Origin: an uncultured Clostridium sp.
GTDB taxonomy: Bacteria; Bacillota; Clostridia; TANB77; CAG-508
Direction of reading: 5' to 3'
NCBI GenBank assembly: GCA_947646915.1
Contig: CANSII010000001.1
Coordinates: forward strand, 9,635-73,634
DNA length: 64,000 nt
The position numbers and the translations under genes were made by a program. Under the pieces are notes generated by a model. The model had not been told where the DNA came from. It was given only the letters and a program-made list of their open reading frames with translations, and did not search any database. Each line of letters opens with the position of its first letter. The first letter of the stretch is position 1. Shown in pieces: positions 63,826-64,000 of the stretch.

Positions 63826-64000
63826 TCATTTTACAAATATTGTTTTTTGTCTTTTACTGCTTATATTTAATAGTAGTCCAATTAATATATAGCTTGTAAT
63901 CAGTGAACTTCCGCCATAACTTATAAATAATAATGGTACACCTGTAATAGGTAATAATCCCATAACCATTCCTATATTTTCAGTCATATGAAATAAAAAT
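63826..64000 (-). CDS. C-terminal fragment of a SEDS family protein (RodA/FtsW)
   Basis: Hand-translated ENIGMVMGLLPITGVPLLFISYGGSSL. Confidence 0.88.
   Translation of the reverse strand, partial: FLFHMTENIGMVMGLLPITGVPLLFISYGGSSLITSYILIGLLLNISSKRQKTIFVK

Noticed and set aside
652..63870. Many short track ORFs antisense to or nested in long genes (e.g. 652-1041, 5942-6391, 21612-22004, 38596-39063)
   Set aside because: Low-complexity F/L/I/S-rich shadows of AT-rich coding strands, with no recognisable motifs.
1..64000. tRNA, rRNA, T-box or riboswitch (including a recoding tRNA or a lysine riboswitch before dapF)
   Set aside because: No recognisable consensus found by eye; a covariance-model scan is needed.

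Overview
Very AT-rich Firmicutes (Clostridia-like) chromosomal window. Positions 1-~3450 are the end of a prophage (cro-like gene, cI-like repressor, large serine recombinase) that appears to interrupt a host cell-wall gene. The rest holds an ABC exporter pair, a sortase/cohesin/dockerin cluster, rsmA, two Rpn-family genes, yraN-dprA-comM, a class B PBP, a WalR-like regulator, a giant cyclic beta-1,2-glucan synthase-like gene, a Panacea TA pair, rarA/ruvA, dapL-dapF, a compact type VII secretion locus, a pilin-like gene, aspS, an orphan mazF and dusB. Main finding: all four apparently frameshifted host genes (ABC exporter, walR-like, glucan synthase, pilin-like) break at an in-frame CGG codon, and skipping only the C (C-GGN read as Gly) restores each one. 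This suggests lineage-specific +1 recoding or quadruplet decoding of CGG; one possible counter-example exists. Other findings: an (AC)n leader peptide overlapping a terminator upstream of the T7SS, non-AUG starts on both Rpn genes, and several families of structured intergenic repeats. All analysis was by eye; no database searches were run.
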